Assembly: GCA_002633005.1 (NCBI GenBank)
Contig: NMRA01000090.1
Location: 111,758 to 175,757 of the forward strand
Source of the DNA: Phoronis australis
Lineage: Eukaryota; Animalia; Phoronida
Direction: 5' to 3'
DNA: 64,000 bases
Shown: positions 39,101 to 49,562 of the stretch, piece after piece
How the letters are laid out: the number at the start of each line of letters is the position of its first letter
Position numbering within the stretch: position 1 is the stretch's first letter
The notes under the pieces: generated by a model
The model's input: the letters and a program-made list of their open reading frames with translations, nothing else
Database searches by the model: none
What the model was told of the DNA's origin: nothing
Position numbers and translations under genes: made by a program

Positions 39101-42100
39101 TATTTAGTGAATTAGCACATAACCCAATTAGGTGAACATCTCAGGCAAACTTACATTTCAATAAAATAAAGTATGGACAAGAAAATATCAATGTTGTGCA
39201 CCATTCACAAGTCTGCCAAAATGAAAACTCACCTCTGTTCTCATTTTCTCTGCTGTTCTCATCCTTAGCGTCACTGGTGCTTCTAGTATATCTGTCTGCA
39301 TTCCAGAGTGCATCATTCCGCCTCTCCTGCGAAATGCTATTATAGTTTGTGACGGGTTTAAGTGCCGTCTGACTCAACTTTTGAGTGTCCACAGGTGCAG
39401 CATCATGACTCTTGTGCCTGTCACGCCTATCACCTTGTCTGGAGTCCCTTCGACTTGGGGACGACTCCCGCGAACGCTGTCTCTTGTCTGAGTGACGACG
39501 CGAGGAATGTCGAGCACCACCTGCAAGATGTGACACATGAAATTTATTAGACATGTGCACAACAGGGGAATCTTAGGCCATAGGTTTTAACAAAAACATC
39601 AATGTGTTGAATGCATGTTGAACCTCCTGTTCATTCTTTAAGGCAGTTTCCATGGAAAGACGAAAAAAATGTCATGATCTCCACCAAACTTTCAGAATAT
39701 CGAGGTGACTATATATCATGGAATCCTGTTGATTTCTGGTGAAATTGGCACTCATTTTTGTTGTGAAATATATTAAGCCTGGTGTCACTTTTAACCTTTT
39801 GGGCTTTGCTCAATGATAAACATGCAGTAATTACCATATTCTATGTAGGGACACCTCATTACCATGTTCCAAATAAGAATGTCTAAATGAGATGTTGCCC
39901 CAACTCTGATTGGACTACTAAAAACCTTATTGTTAGCATTCCATACTTAGAGCAAGAAAATGCTACACCCTCAAAAACGATTACATCCTGATCCAATCTA
40001 CCCAGTCTGATGTCATTAAAGCGGTAAATGCCCCCCCCCCACCCCCGAGAAAGGCAAATGACAAGCCATAGAAACATTTTGTAACTGCAGGCTCTGATAG
40101 GTATGTGACACAGGAAACATCTTATTTCTCAGGGGTGAACCCACATGTTTTGAGTGAAATCCTTTCCAGTTTAGCATTCCACAAAAATCACCAGTTTCAA
40201 ATTTTTGTTAGAAAGTCAAATTTATTTAAACCAGGAAGGCATTACCAATAGTAACTTAGCAACATCTATTGGCCGTGTCAACCATATCAATTTCTAATCA
40301 AATCCATTTGATTTGACTATAAATAAATGTACCAAGCCAAACCATAAAACAATTCTAAGGTATCAAAAAGCAAAGCAAAAGCAACAACTTAAAGAATCAA
40401 GGACATTGTAAAATATACAAGTATATATATTCTTGGTCCTCAAAGTGGTGAATAATGTGTTCAGAAGACTACTCACCAGAGCTAGATGAGTTTGAGTGTC
40501 GGTCACGGTCCCTGTCTTTCCTGGACTTGGAGGGCCTGTTGAAGTAAAGCATGTATATTATACTACAAAGACCTGTTATCACCAAGTTAAAAGAGAACTG
40601 ACCACAAAGACCATTCTTGAATAATTAGTGACTCTGCATGCTGCTCTCGTTGGGAGCCAGAGTGTTGAAACCAACACTTTCATATCAAGAAGACAAAAAA
40701 ATAGAAAAAACACCAGTCACCAGCTGTCAGATTAGAACACCCATAAACACTATTTGACGATATGCGTATTAACTGATCTTGAGGTTTTTGCGGTTGTGAC
40801 AACTCAGTATTTGAGCACGTTGTGGCCCTTTTAACTTTACTGTGAGAAGTATGGCACAAGTGTGTTGCTGGATATGACACACTGGCACTGGGTACAACCA
40901 TACTTCAGTTGTGTTGCCTTCTATTTTCTCGGTTTCTGGATATTGAATTCACAGGTGTGATATGCCGTGCCATGAAGACGTGACATGTAGAACAAGCAAT
41001 AATAATGCAGGTCTCTTTGGTCACAGGTTGAGGATATAATTATAACAAGTAAATGCAGAGTAGACATCTTCCTTTACAATACATTAGGCATTCTCCTATT
41101 TTTGTGGTATTGCAGATTTGTCCAAACAGGTGTCAACTAAGTCCTTAAACAAGGTGGAAGTTGTATGAAAAAGTACCTCTTCTTCAGTAATAACAAGAAT
41201 TTAACAAAAAGTTTACTCTCAGTATGTATCAGAGTCAAAACTTGATGTAGCAATGGAGACAAAATAGCAGAGGTAGTGATAATCAGTGTTTGCACAAAGT
41301 CCACAAATTTACGGAACATAATTGTGTCCTTATTAGGACTATTTCTGGCAACAGGCTACTCATAGCTATCCAGAGATAACAGTATAAGCAAGCAAATATG
41401 TGCATAACGACAATATACAGTTCTAAGATTCAAGTAACAAGGCCAGAAATAAGTGGGCAGCATCACAAAAGCTTATGTGATTACTCACGTGTCCAATGTC
41501 CACTCCTTAGGCTTCTCCCACTTGGACACCTCTGTCTTACAGTTGTAGTAGTAACGTTTACCTGAACCACTTATGTGCTCTGACCAGTCACCACACACTC
41601 TCAATGCAGTCTTCTGTACCTGATGAGCAAGAATAGCAAAAATCGAATTATACTTAATACATGGTGAATATTGACATTATTTCAACATAGACAAAAAAGA
41701 TACTAGAACACATTAGCTTAAGTACCTCCTAATATCATTGGCTTCAGACACGATATAATCTCAGAAAGGAGAAAATTGTTTGATTTAGAACTAACAAACT
41801 TGACCAAGGTCTTTCAGTAGTTGCCTCATGAATGTTTTTTTATTGTTTTGAGCACTGTACTATGCTAAACACGTTGTTACTGCACATGCCCACCGTTCGA
41901 GCCTGATGAATGATGCACAACATACTGAGATGGTGAACTGTTGAAGATCCCCAATAACAGTACTGTAACCATACTCAGGGTGCAGTGGGTGTTCCCCTTT
42001 CGAACAAGGATGCTGAAATATCCTTGAAAAGGTGAGCCATATTTAGCCATGCTCAAAAAGGTCTGACCTAAGTCCAAAAAGCATGATTGATGTTTACATA

Positions 42101-45100
42101 GAAAGAGCTTATTCTAATTTCCAAAATTTAATTTCACAGAGTACTTATTCATATTTTTGCCTAAAAAATAACAGTGAAAATAATGTGCACTAAAGTTGTT
42201 TCAATGAATCAGGATAAAGATCAGGGCTCGATTTGGAGACCTGCAGTTTGCCAGTACGACCTCAGATTTTTTGGAAACCTGATAATAATCCCAAGTTGCC
42301 ACGAAGTCGCCGAACTTTTGCGAGTTACAACCAAGAAAGAAGTCAAAACAGTAAGAACTTCCCCAAATATAATACCCTTGGTTAACAATTGTTCTATTCA
42401 GTTTGTGGAACGAGTACATCTGCCATTCTCAGCACAAATTCGAGCACACGTTCAAAAATGAACAGGAAGCCAACAACCAACAGCTGTGAGTTGGGAGTAG
42501 TGTGGCAAAACCATCAGGGCACAACCACGACACATGAACAAACAACATGTTATGATCGACTGATTTGCTTCTCCCTTAATGAGAAATCCACCATTGGTCA
42601 TCATCCCGCACACCTTTTATTCTTATTTTTCCACTTGGTGATGCGCTTAGGCTTAGTTCCAGATATACTGCCTTTTCAATTCAGAAGCCAAGTATTTTTA
42701 TTCAAATGTTTGTGGAGGCCAGGACTTTCGTACCGCCGCATATTATGGAATGTCGTCGTTTTGGTGAGCTTATTTCCCATTTGGCTTCCTGGGAATTTTC
42801 CCAGGTCCCAATTGGTGAGCTGATTTTATGTTAATCATCACGCCCTTAACACAGGTACATTAAAAAATGACACGAGATTTGAGCCATGTTTGTATTCTTG
42901 CCCAGCACCTATTATATAAAATGCATAGTTCACACGAACTCCGACCCCCCTCTCCACTACCGACCTTTGTTGCGCCCGTTTCAGCACTGCCTTCATCCCA
43001 GGTAGTGCACCAGGCCTCTATTTAGATTTGAGGTGTTCTATTTTTCTCTCACGGGCCATTCTTTAGCGGACGCAGAGGAAGGGTGGCCAGTTTCATACTG
43101 GCCATACTGACGTCAATTTCAGTGTCACAATTTCAAGATGACAATAGTCTACATACAGCTAGCTGACTTTCTACCTTAGAACGTACGTTTATAATGCGAC
43201 TTTTGTAAATACACTATATACTTTATGTACGATGGCAGTATTTTTAAATGCTTCCTTAGTTTTCAGTCTAAAAAATAGCTGATTACTGTACACTATGTTA
43301 CAGCAGGGTTAAATGTTCGTTCACTTGAAGATGTAGCTATTTCCCCTCGACATTTCCTATATACTAGCTGCTACTCGTGCTTAAGCAGAGTTGCATATAT
43401 ATATGGAGTCCTGGGAGTGATGTGCAATAACCCCTACATGTGAGCAGAAGGGCACACAAACTTAAACACACTAACACGGTAATAACACTTAAATGATAGG
43501 AATGACAGACCTCATTTCTCTGTTCCTGTTCCTTTTCTCTCGACTGACTACCATTGGAGGAATCCCGTACACTGTTGTCACGGTAGCAGTCACCATCATG
43601 AGCTGACTTGTCCCCATTTTTACTGCTATTAATATCGTTCTTACTGCTACGGTAGCCAGATGGTGATATTCGGGATCCTAGAAAACGAAAGTAAAACATT
43701 ATTTTGCCAAGAAAGGAAACAGAATGTTACTTTGAACTAGTCTCATACAGTGCAATAAACCATTCACACTAGTCTAAAACAGTTTCTCACTCATACATTT
43801 AATTTGTACTCGCTGCTGCCAATGCTTTGAAGGTTGTACTGGTTAGAAAATCGGATACAACGAACTAAGTAGCTAAAGCAAACATTATATATGAAAACAG
43901 GATAACAAGGAATCATTACTCCTGCTGTAGCGTAATTCTTAAGTTTATCGAACTGCCAGGAATTAAGAGTTTCTTATTTTTGGAGTAATTCGAGGCAACA
44001 ATACTGTGGTAAAAATTTTAATGGAGAGGAAAGGGGGATGACAATTTAAGACAAGTAAATTTTGTATCTACTCGTCTAACAGGACAAGATGTTTTACCTT
44101 GCACAATCATCAAGCAGTTCATAATCACACCAAGTTACCAACACCCAACTCATTGGCTGGAAAGCTATTCAAGAACACTGCACCTAACTTTCATCAATGT
44201 GTAACGCTTGCATTAAACAGAAACAGCCAATCTCTTAATACCAGCTCATCTCAGTGTACCCATTTGAAGGCAAGTAAAAATTTCCCTTTTGTGCAGTTGG
44301 TAATACAATAAGTGTTCACTCCTGTCAATGTAGACGTACACAGTGATGTACGCCCAATAAAAAGTTGCTTTGTGTTTTGAATTTCTATTGTGGAGAACAC
44401 TACAAACATGGTAATTCTTCACTTAAGTCGCACAACAGTAACTGCTATTATTCCATTTTCCAAAGGCTGGTTACCTTGAGCAAATATTATACCCGTTAGT
44501 GAATGATGTTTTTTGACATCTACACACTGAAACACAAGTTCACAATTTTTTCGAGAATTTGACAACATGAAATTCACTTGCCCAGTGTTGTGTGCTACAT
44601 AGGGGAAGAATTACATTATTGCAGTAACACTCATTATAACATTGTTCTTTGAATCTTTTTTGACACATGTATAATGTCTGTCTAACAATGAACAACCATA
44701 TGTAACTTGGTGCCAGTCAATGCAGATTGTTGTAATCCCACTTACTTTGCCACCTCAAGGTGGTACCGCCCAAAATGTTTGAATAATTGCTTCCACTTGC
44801 AGTAAAACTGTAGTCAAGTCCAGTAGTTTAAATAGTGAAGCATGACCATCTGCAGGTTTCACTGGGGTACCTTCTTATGAAGAAGTGATGTCATCTCCTT
44901 AGTAGAAGGATGTTTTGTGATTGAAGAGACCAGAACCTACCCTTGTCATATCTCTCCTTATTTCTATCAATATAGGAAAGTTTGTTGCTGTATCTAATTG
45001 GCCTGGAGGGACTGGGGTCCCTGCTGTGTCTGTAGTCAGGAGATGACCGCTGTCTATCATTCCGCCCCTTTTCACCGCCATAGCTTGATACTCCCTTCGT

Positions 45101-47162
45101 TACATGGCGATCAGTGTTCTGGTGGATAGAAAAAAATGATCTATATAGTACTAAAAGTAAGGCTGAATAAAACATGATTTTTAAAACTGAGACAATGGCA
45201 TGAGATGTCAAAGTATTTTTCAGAGGGGAATAAAGCCTATGTTCAGCCAAACAATCGAGGCACTGGAGGCCTCCCTCTTACAGTACTTTAAAAGCCCACT
45301 GATGAACGAGGTTGCTGAAAACACCCACTACCTCTTTTTGAAACAGCCTTCTTGGGAAAAAATTTGGGAAATCCTAGGTATGCAATACCTAAGGCATCCT
45401 ATTACAGGGCGGCCAACATAATTTCAGTTAAGTCACACTCAAACAAAAAGTGACATTAAAAGCTGCTCAACTTTTCATGTATTGCAGTCTGCAGGCAATC
45501 TTTGTATTTTGTTGATTTTCGACTTAATCCGCTGTTGCAGGTGTTACTATACAAGTGACACATGGTGGATTGCATTCCCCATTTTCTAAAAGTAACCTAA
45601 TTCTTTTGAGCATTTGTCTCCAACATTTTGCAACCTCAATATCTTGATAGATTTTTCACAAAGCAGAAGATATCTCACAACGCAAAATCAAGAAAAATGT
45701 GTTTTTAATTGTCAGTCATTCAGAGAATAACATCAACTGACTAATCAGAAGGGAAGCACAACATACATGCAAATAGCAATACGCAACTCCACATAACTCA
45801 ACAGTTGAACTTTGCAACAGAGATTACAACAAACACATCAGGCGTCACATGAATCCTCTCATCATGGTTAATCCAAAAATGTATTACTTTTACCAAGTGG
45901 TCCCTTCTTATTCATAAATTCAGTTTTTCCAAGGCGTTCTTTGCAATGCAGATTTAGGGAGGCAGCCATCTTTAAAACTGTGACGCTTCTCAGCAGGAAA
46001 AATGACTAATTGTTAACTCTGACTGAAGTAGGTTCGATGCAGAATGCGTTTCTGTATTTTACTTTTTGTCCCTGAGACGACACATGTCCACCATAACACG
46101 AGCTGAAATATGTCCCCGAAGAGTCAAGTGTTTAAGAAGACAACATTCGTTCACGAGAACACGCACTCTCTCACCATAAATCCAGTGTTTTTCAGGACGA
46201 CATTTGCCCTTGAGAACACGCACTCTTTTTTCTAACGGAGAAGTTTTAAAGAGGCACCCCTTTAAGTGACTATTATTCTTTTCTACTCAGAGATTCCCTT
46301 ATATACCACCCATGATCTTCAATACACTAGACAATTTTTGGGTCGTCAAACACACATGTGATCGGTGTAGTTACCATTCCTGCAAAGAGGTGTCGCACTT
46401 TTATAATGGCTGTCACCTGAGATCAGCTTACAAGCAAATGAACACCTCAGAGAAACATTAAATGTATGAATAAGAAGATACCAATAGGTAGGACAAGAGG
46501 ATTCAGAAAAGAGTAATACCAAGGATGTATGTTAATGGAGTTGGATTGTAAACAATAACCTCAAAATGAGAACAGTCACGTTTTGGAAAGGGTGACCAAT
46601 ATCTTCAGTTATAGCACTTCCTTATTTGGTTTCTACCCGAGATGAGTTCCGCAGTGCAAGTTCTTCGTGGTCACATACCATCACACACTTGTTTCGAGAG
46701 TTGTAATCGTCAACATGTAATACAACACTCGCATACACTAGCAAACTGACAGCCATAAAAATAATCAGTCAGTGAGGCTGGAACCTTAAATGATGGAACG
46801 GAATTCACTATTTCCGTTCCATGAGTTAAGAATTCTCGCCACAAATGCTTCGCAAAGTTTCCTCTTTCAGCCCAACATGTGTGCAGTTCATTACAATTAC
46901 ATCACAGGTATCAACCCTGTCAAGAGCAGACTGACCTTGAATTGATGGGACGAGTTTCTGTCATAATACCTGAAAATATCAAAAATAACAACAATGTTAT
47001 CCAGTAAAATTGATGACGTGGAGAGATTTTTTCAAAATAAAAGCTTTTCCAATTATTGGCAAAAATGGCGGATTTATCAAATAGATTTTCATGCTACAGA
47101 GACGTTTGCAAAGACATTCACCCATCGTTGAGTCGTGGTTGTTTCCATGGATACATCACCAT
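30070..47162 (-). CDS. WAC: WW domain-containing adapter protein with coiled-coil, complete, 634 aa. complement(join(30070..30124,31058..31185,31991..32171,33037..33343,33824..33886,34891..35163,39233..39520,40477..40535,41489..41619,43511..43677,44941..45118,46936..46969,47122..47162))
   Basis: 13 GT-AG exons with matching phases total 1905 nt. N-terminus [14 protein letters not shown] (human recalled as MVMYARKQQRLSDG); WW domain [30 protein letters not shown]; C-terminal [13 protein letters not shown]...[17 protein letters not shown] coiled coil. Confidence 0.95.
30138..30173. repeat. 13-bp tandem repeat x~2.8 in the branch-point region of the last WAC intron
   Basis: ACAATACATTATC ACAATACATTATC ACAATACATT. 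Confidence 0.9.
31058..31185 (-). CDS. WAC: WAC exon 12 (coiled coil, 128 nt)
   Basis: tacaag|GCC...CAA CG|gtaaat; [42 protein letters not shown](R). Confidence 0.94.
31521..31771. repeat. ~240-bp repeat, direct homologue of 34041-34270
   Basis: Shared blocks CTCAAACCTTATTC, AAATACCTTAT, GCAGAATCA, GTTACAGGGCTGTCA, CGAATCTCC, CGTATGTAC in the same order. Confidence 0.8.
31991..32171 (-). CDS. WAC: WAC exon 11
   Basis: acttag|G CCC...CAG|gttggt; [10 protein letters not shown]...[28 protein letters not shown]; an alternative in-frame acceptor would start the exon at 32162. Confidence 0.9.
32632..32974. repeat. Tandem duplication, 170-bp unit x2, WAC intron 10
   Basis: GCCAATAACAAGCC...CTACACTGCCAAAAGCA.TACGC starts at 32632 and 32802. 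Confidence 0.92.
33037..33343 (-). CDS. WAC: WAC exon 10 (S/P/Q/T-rich)
   Basis: atctag|CT GGT...TCA AG|gtatgt; GSAQSPRVS...[11 protein letters not shown]. Confidence 0.9.
33824..33886 (-). CDS. WAC: WAC exon 9 (63 nt)
   Basis: ttgcag|CA TTA...AAT G|gtgagt; (A)[20 protein letters not shown]. Confidence 0.88.
34041..34270. repeat. ~230-bp repeat, direct homologue of 31521-31771
   Basis: Same ordered shared blocks as listed for 31521-31771. Confidence 0.8.
34712..34730. repeat. Poly(C) tract containing an ambiguous base
   Basis: cccccnccccccccccccc; n at 34717; poly(G) on the WAC sense strand. Confidence 0.9.
34891..35163 (-). CDS. WAC: WAC exon 8
   Basis: atgcag|AT ATT...CAA G|gtaagc; [16 protein letters not shown]...[16 protein letters not shown]. 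Confidence 0.92.
36438..36514 (-). repeat. 77-bp element identical (inverted) to 55012-55088
   Basis: Base-by-base comparison gives 77/77 reverse-complement identity; flanks unrelated. Confidence 0.92.
37218..37648 (-). mobile_element. HINE family B, 3' fragment (inverted)
   Basis: Reverse complement of ~52150-52617, including subTIR CTTGGCGAAATT (37250-37261), CTCC-GA-GGAG hairpin and (GAT/GAC)n tracts. Confidence 0.8.
37652..37836 (+). mobile_element. 5'-truncated RTE-clade LINE 3' end
   Basis: [44 protein letters not shown] matches the RTE C-terminal GK.EG.R.RGRQR..W.D.IK.W motif; in-frame TGA at 37700-37702; short GAAT-like tail. Confidence 0.85.
39233..39520 (-). CDS. WAC: WAC exon 7 (R/S/D-rich)
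   Basis: ttgcag|GT GGT...AGA G|gtgagt; [27 protein letters not shown]...ENENR. Confidence 0.9.
40477..40535 (-). CDS. WAC: WAC exon 6 (59 nt)
   Basis: caacag|G CCC...TCT G|gtgagt; [19 protein letters not shown]; required to convert phase 2 to phase 1. Confidence 0.9.
41489..41619 (-). CDS. WAC: WAC exon 5 (WW domain)
   Basis: catcag|GTA...GAC AC|gtgagt; [43 protein letters not shown]. Confidence 0.96.
42450..43110 (-). mobile_element. Decayed retroposon: Deu/Nin-like or RTE 5'-UTR-like segment followed by APE-like remnants
   Basis: Minus strand AAACTGGCCACCC..GAATGGCCCGTGAGA..TAGAGG..GGGATGAAGGCA, then frameshifted fragments LASELKR, ITKW, GGFLIK in the order expected for an RTE endonuclease N-terminus. 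Confidence 0.4.
43511..43677 (-). CDS. WAC: WAC exon 4
   Basis: ttctag|GA TCC...GAG|gtctgt; [14 protein letters not shown]...[10 protein letters not shown]. Confidence 0.88.
44941..45118 (-). CDS. WAC: WAC exon 3
   Basis: caccag|AAC...AAG G|gtaggt; NTDRHVTKG...[11 protein letters not shown]...RNKERYDK (DPSP as in vertebrate WAC). Confidence 0.9.
46936..46969 (-). CDS. WAC: WAC exon 2 (34-nt mini-exon)
   Basis: tttcag|G TAT TAT GAC AGA...TTC AAG|gtcagt; (G)[11 protein letters not shown]; restores phase 2 to phase 0. Confidence 0.88.
47122..47162 (-). CDS. WAC: WAC exon 1 coding part (41 nt)
   Basis: ATG GTG ATG TAT CCA TGG AAA CAA CCA CGA CTC AAC GAT GG|gtgaat. Confidence 0.93.
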
Positions 47163-47530
47163 GAATGCATGTATTGAGGGAAAGGGATCTGAGACAATCA
47201 GACAAAATGTAAGTGCAAAATTTTGCGAATTTTGCCTGAATTTGAGCCAGCCTATCCTTGAACCGCAGCCATGACACATACGGGTTATTGACCTTTCCGG
47301 AAATATCCGAATAAATTTTTAAGAAAAACTTCCATACGTTATTAGAATTTTAAGTCATTTATTCTACTCAACGTGGAATTTTGTTGCTAAATGACGATAA
47401 ATGAAGTTTTGTTTCTAGAATACAATGATTTACTAAAAATAATGCATGTCACGAAACTGCGCTGCTGTTTGTTTAAGTCACGTGACCAAAACAGGCAAAA
47501 CAATGTGCACGCACGAAGTTCTCTCGCGTT
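47163..47530 (-). promoter_or_regulatory. Putative WAC 5' UTR and promoter
   Basis: Relatively CpG-retaining; TTTCCGGAAA palindrome (47294-47303), GTCACGTGAC (47477-47486); YY1-like AAAATGGCGG in intron 1 (47062-47071). TSS not determinable. Confidence 0.55.
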
Positions 47531-47911
47531 CTGCAAGTTGAAGTGAAGAAATGTCATAGCGGAAATTTTTGTTCATAGAAGGTATTTAACTGTATGGCTG
47601 ACGTTGTTACATGAAATAGTTCCTGGTACTTAACAATCTAATTCAAATAAGACAAAGTTTAAACTTCGATCGCATACCTAGTCTACTCTCGTGCCGACTG
47701 GCTGTGAGCGGCTCACAGTGTGAGCCGGTCCGCCAGGCAGTAAGCAGTAAGTAAGGCAGTATTAAACCATCCGGAGGATAAAACTGGTATTATATATAGT
47801 GTATTGGGGACGATCAGAAGCTCAGGACGCCTATGGCTAGGTCCAACAACAAGTAATGAAACACAGACACAGTCAGTTACAACAAGGAGTGTTGTATACT
47901 AGGACTAGGAG

Positions 47912-49384
47912 TAGGGAGGACAACGTTTTTTAAATTTTTTTTACAATACCCATGTGTCATACATTTTTGAAAAGCCCTTGGTGTAAGAAATGAAATGGTG
48001 CAAAAATCAGAAAAATTGGATGAGCGGTTGACGAGAAAATGGCCGTTGAAGTGCGACGTTTATGCGCAAAATATCTGCCTTTTTACATAATTTCGTAAAA
48101 AATAAAAGAATACACATGTGCTGCATATAAAAAGATTCGACTCATTGAGACAAACATGGTGGTGTGTATTATATAAAATTTGGATCGATTTCTACAGAGA
48201 TATTGCTGTTTAAGTGTGTTGTTATAGCATATAGAACAGGCTCATCGTGTTTGATGAAAACAATGGATTACACAGCTTAAAAGGTAAAGAGCAAAGACAC
48301 CACATCAGCTCAGAAATAAATACATCTGAGCTAGGAGGAAATTTCACATCAAATCACAAGATCACATTGGTGGATTTGGGGGGGGCAAGGGGGCCTAGCT
48401 GGCCCGTGGCCCTCCTAAAACTTCATTTGGCAGTTTGAGGCTGCAAATATCTTACGGGTAAAATCCTGCATAATATTCTGCCCTGCCCCCCCCCTCCTAT
48501 CTAAAAATCCTAGATCTGCCCCTGAATACTACTACATGGGCAACACATCATTGCCTGACAGTGACAGGGGGTTGGGGGAGGCTATAGCTCCCCCACTTCA
48601 GTGCTGGATGCTACCCATGTACTATTAGATCGTATCATGGCAAAAAACATCAAAAAGTAGACAAAAGACCATTTGGGAAAACAAATCACTCTTAACATGA
48701 AGGATTTCATCATTTACGCAACAAAAACTTTGTAACAACTTTATTTCGAACGGTGAAGTTGCTATGCCATTGAACTTCAACGTAGCCGCTGGTGGCGCTG
48801 ACATGCGGCGACTTAGTGAACTAACGACTGCTGTTTGAAAAGTGCCAATGCGCAGCAGTTTGACAGAATTTCTGAAAATGAAATAATTACCAATTAAAAG
48901 AGTGATAAATTCCTCATCTAAAAATCGGGGGGGCATATTGCGCAACTGGAAAAACATCAATCTCCCGATCGACCAAAATTAGGCCTTCCGGACGATCGAA
49001 AACTCGGCATGAAAACTTGGCCTTGACTTCGAGAAAACAACTTGAGGAGATGCGCACGCATCTAAACTACATCCTGTCCAAATTTCATGTTTGTATTTGA
49101 GAGTATAGTGCTCTTTTGGATAGGAGGAACAAGAGGTACTTTTTCGAAAGTTGATCGCATGGCGGAAAATCGTGCGCTAAAAAAAGCTTACAAAAAATGA
49201 TTTATCAGCGATAATTTGAGACAAAAAGATTACAAACTTACAAATAAAGACTAAGGTAACGATTTATAACACAAAATTGTCTTATAGTTAACTTTGAAGT
49301 CTGAAATCGGGTAATTTACCGACGTGGGTTTTACACGGAGGCAGATATGGAGCACCGTGACCTACTTTTTGATTGTCCTCCCTA
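47912..49384. mobile_element. Non-autonomous TIR DNA transposon (TAGGG termini, hAT-like) with nested small MITE remnants at ~48370-48620
   Basis: Perfect TIRs TAGGGAGGACAA (47912-47923) / TTGTCCTCCCTA (49373-49384); direct repeat CTAGGAG at 47905-47911 and 49385-49391. Confidence 0.8.
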
Positions 49385-49460
49385 CTAGGAGAGTTTGTCA
49401 GTTCACTGTTTTTGCTACTACTAGCGCCGCCAAGTGGTGAATAGGCAACGGTCAAGTAGG

Positions 49461-49552
49461 AAGCGCATATTTTGCAGTGTCATAAATGGCACTGTTACAT
49501 CCACGAAAACCCCAGACGTGTCATGTTTTACGTTTCCTAAAGATCCAGAAAG
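49461..49552 (+). pseudogene. Degenerate THAP-domain first exon (transposase-derived or THAP gene remnant)
   Basis: KRIFCSVINGTVTSTKTPDVSCFTFPKDPE(R)|gtaagg fits THAP C.{4}C...F.FP.D..R with a phase-2 donor; second Cys position is GGC, no ATG, no second exon found. Confidence 0.65.
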
Positions 49553-49562
49553 GTAAGGCAAT

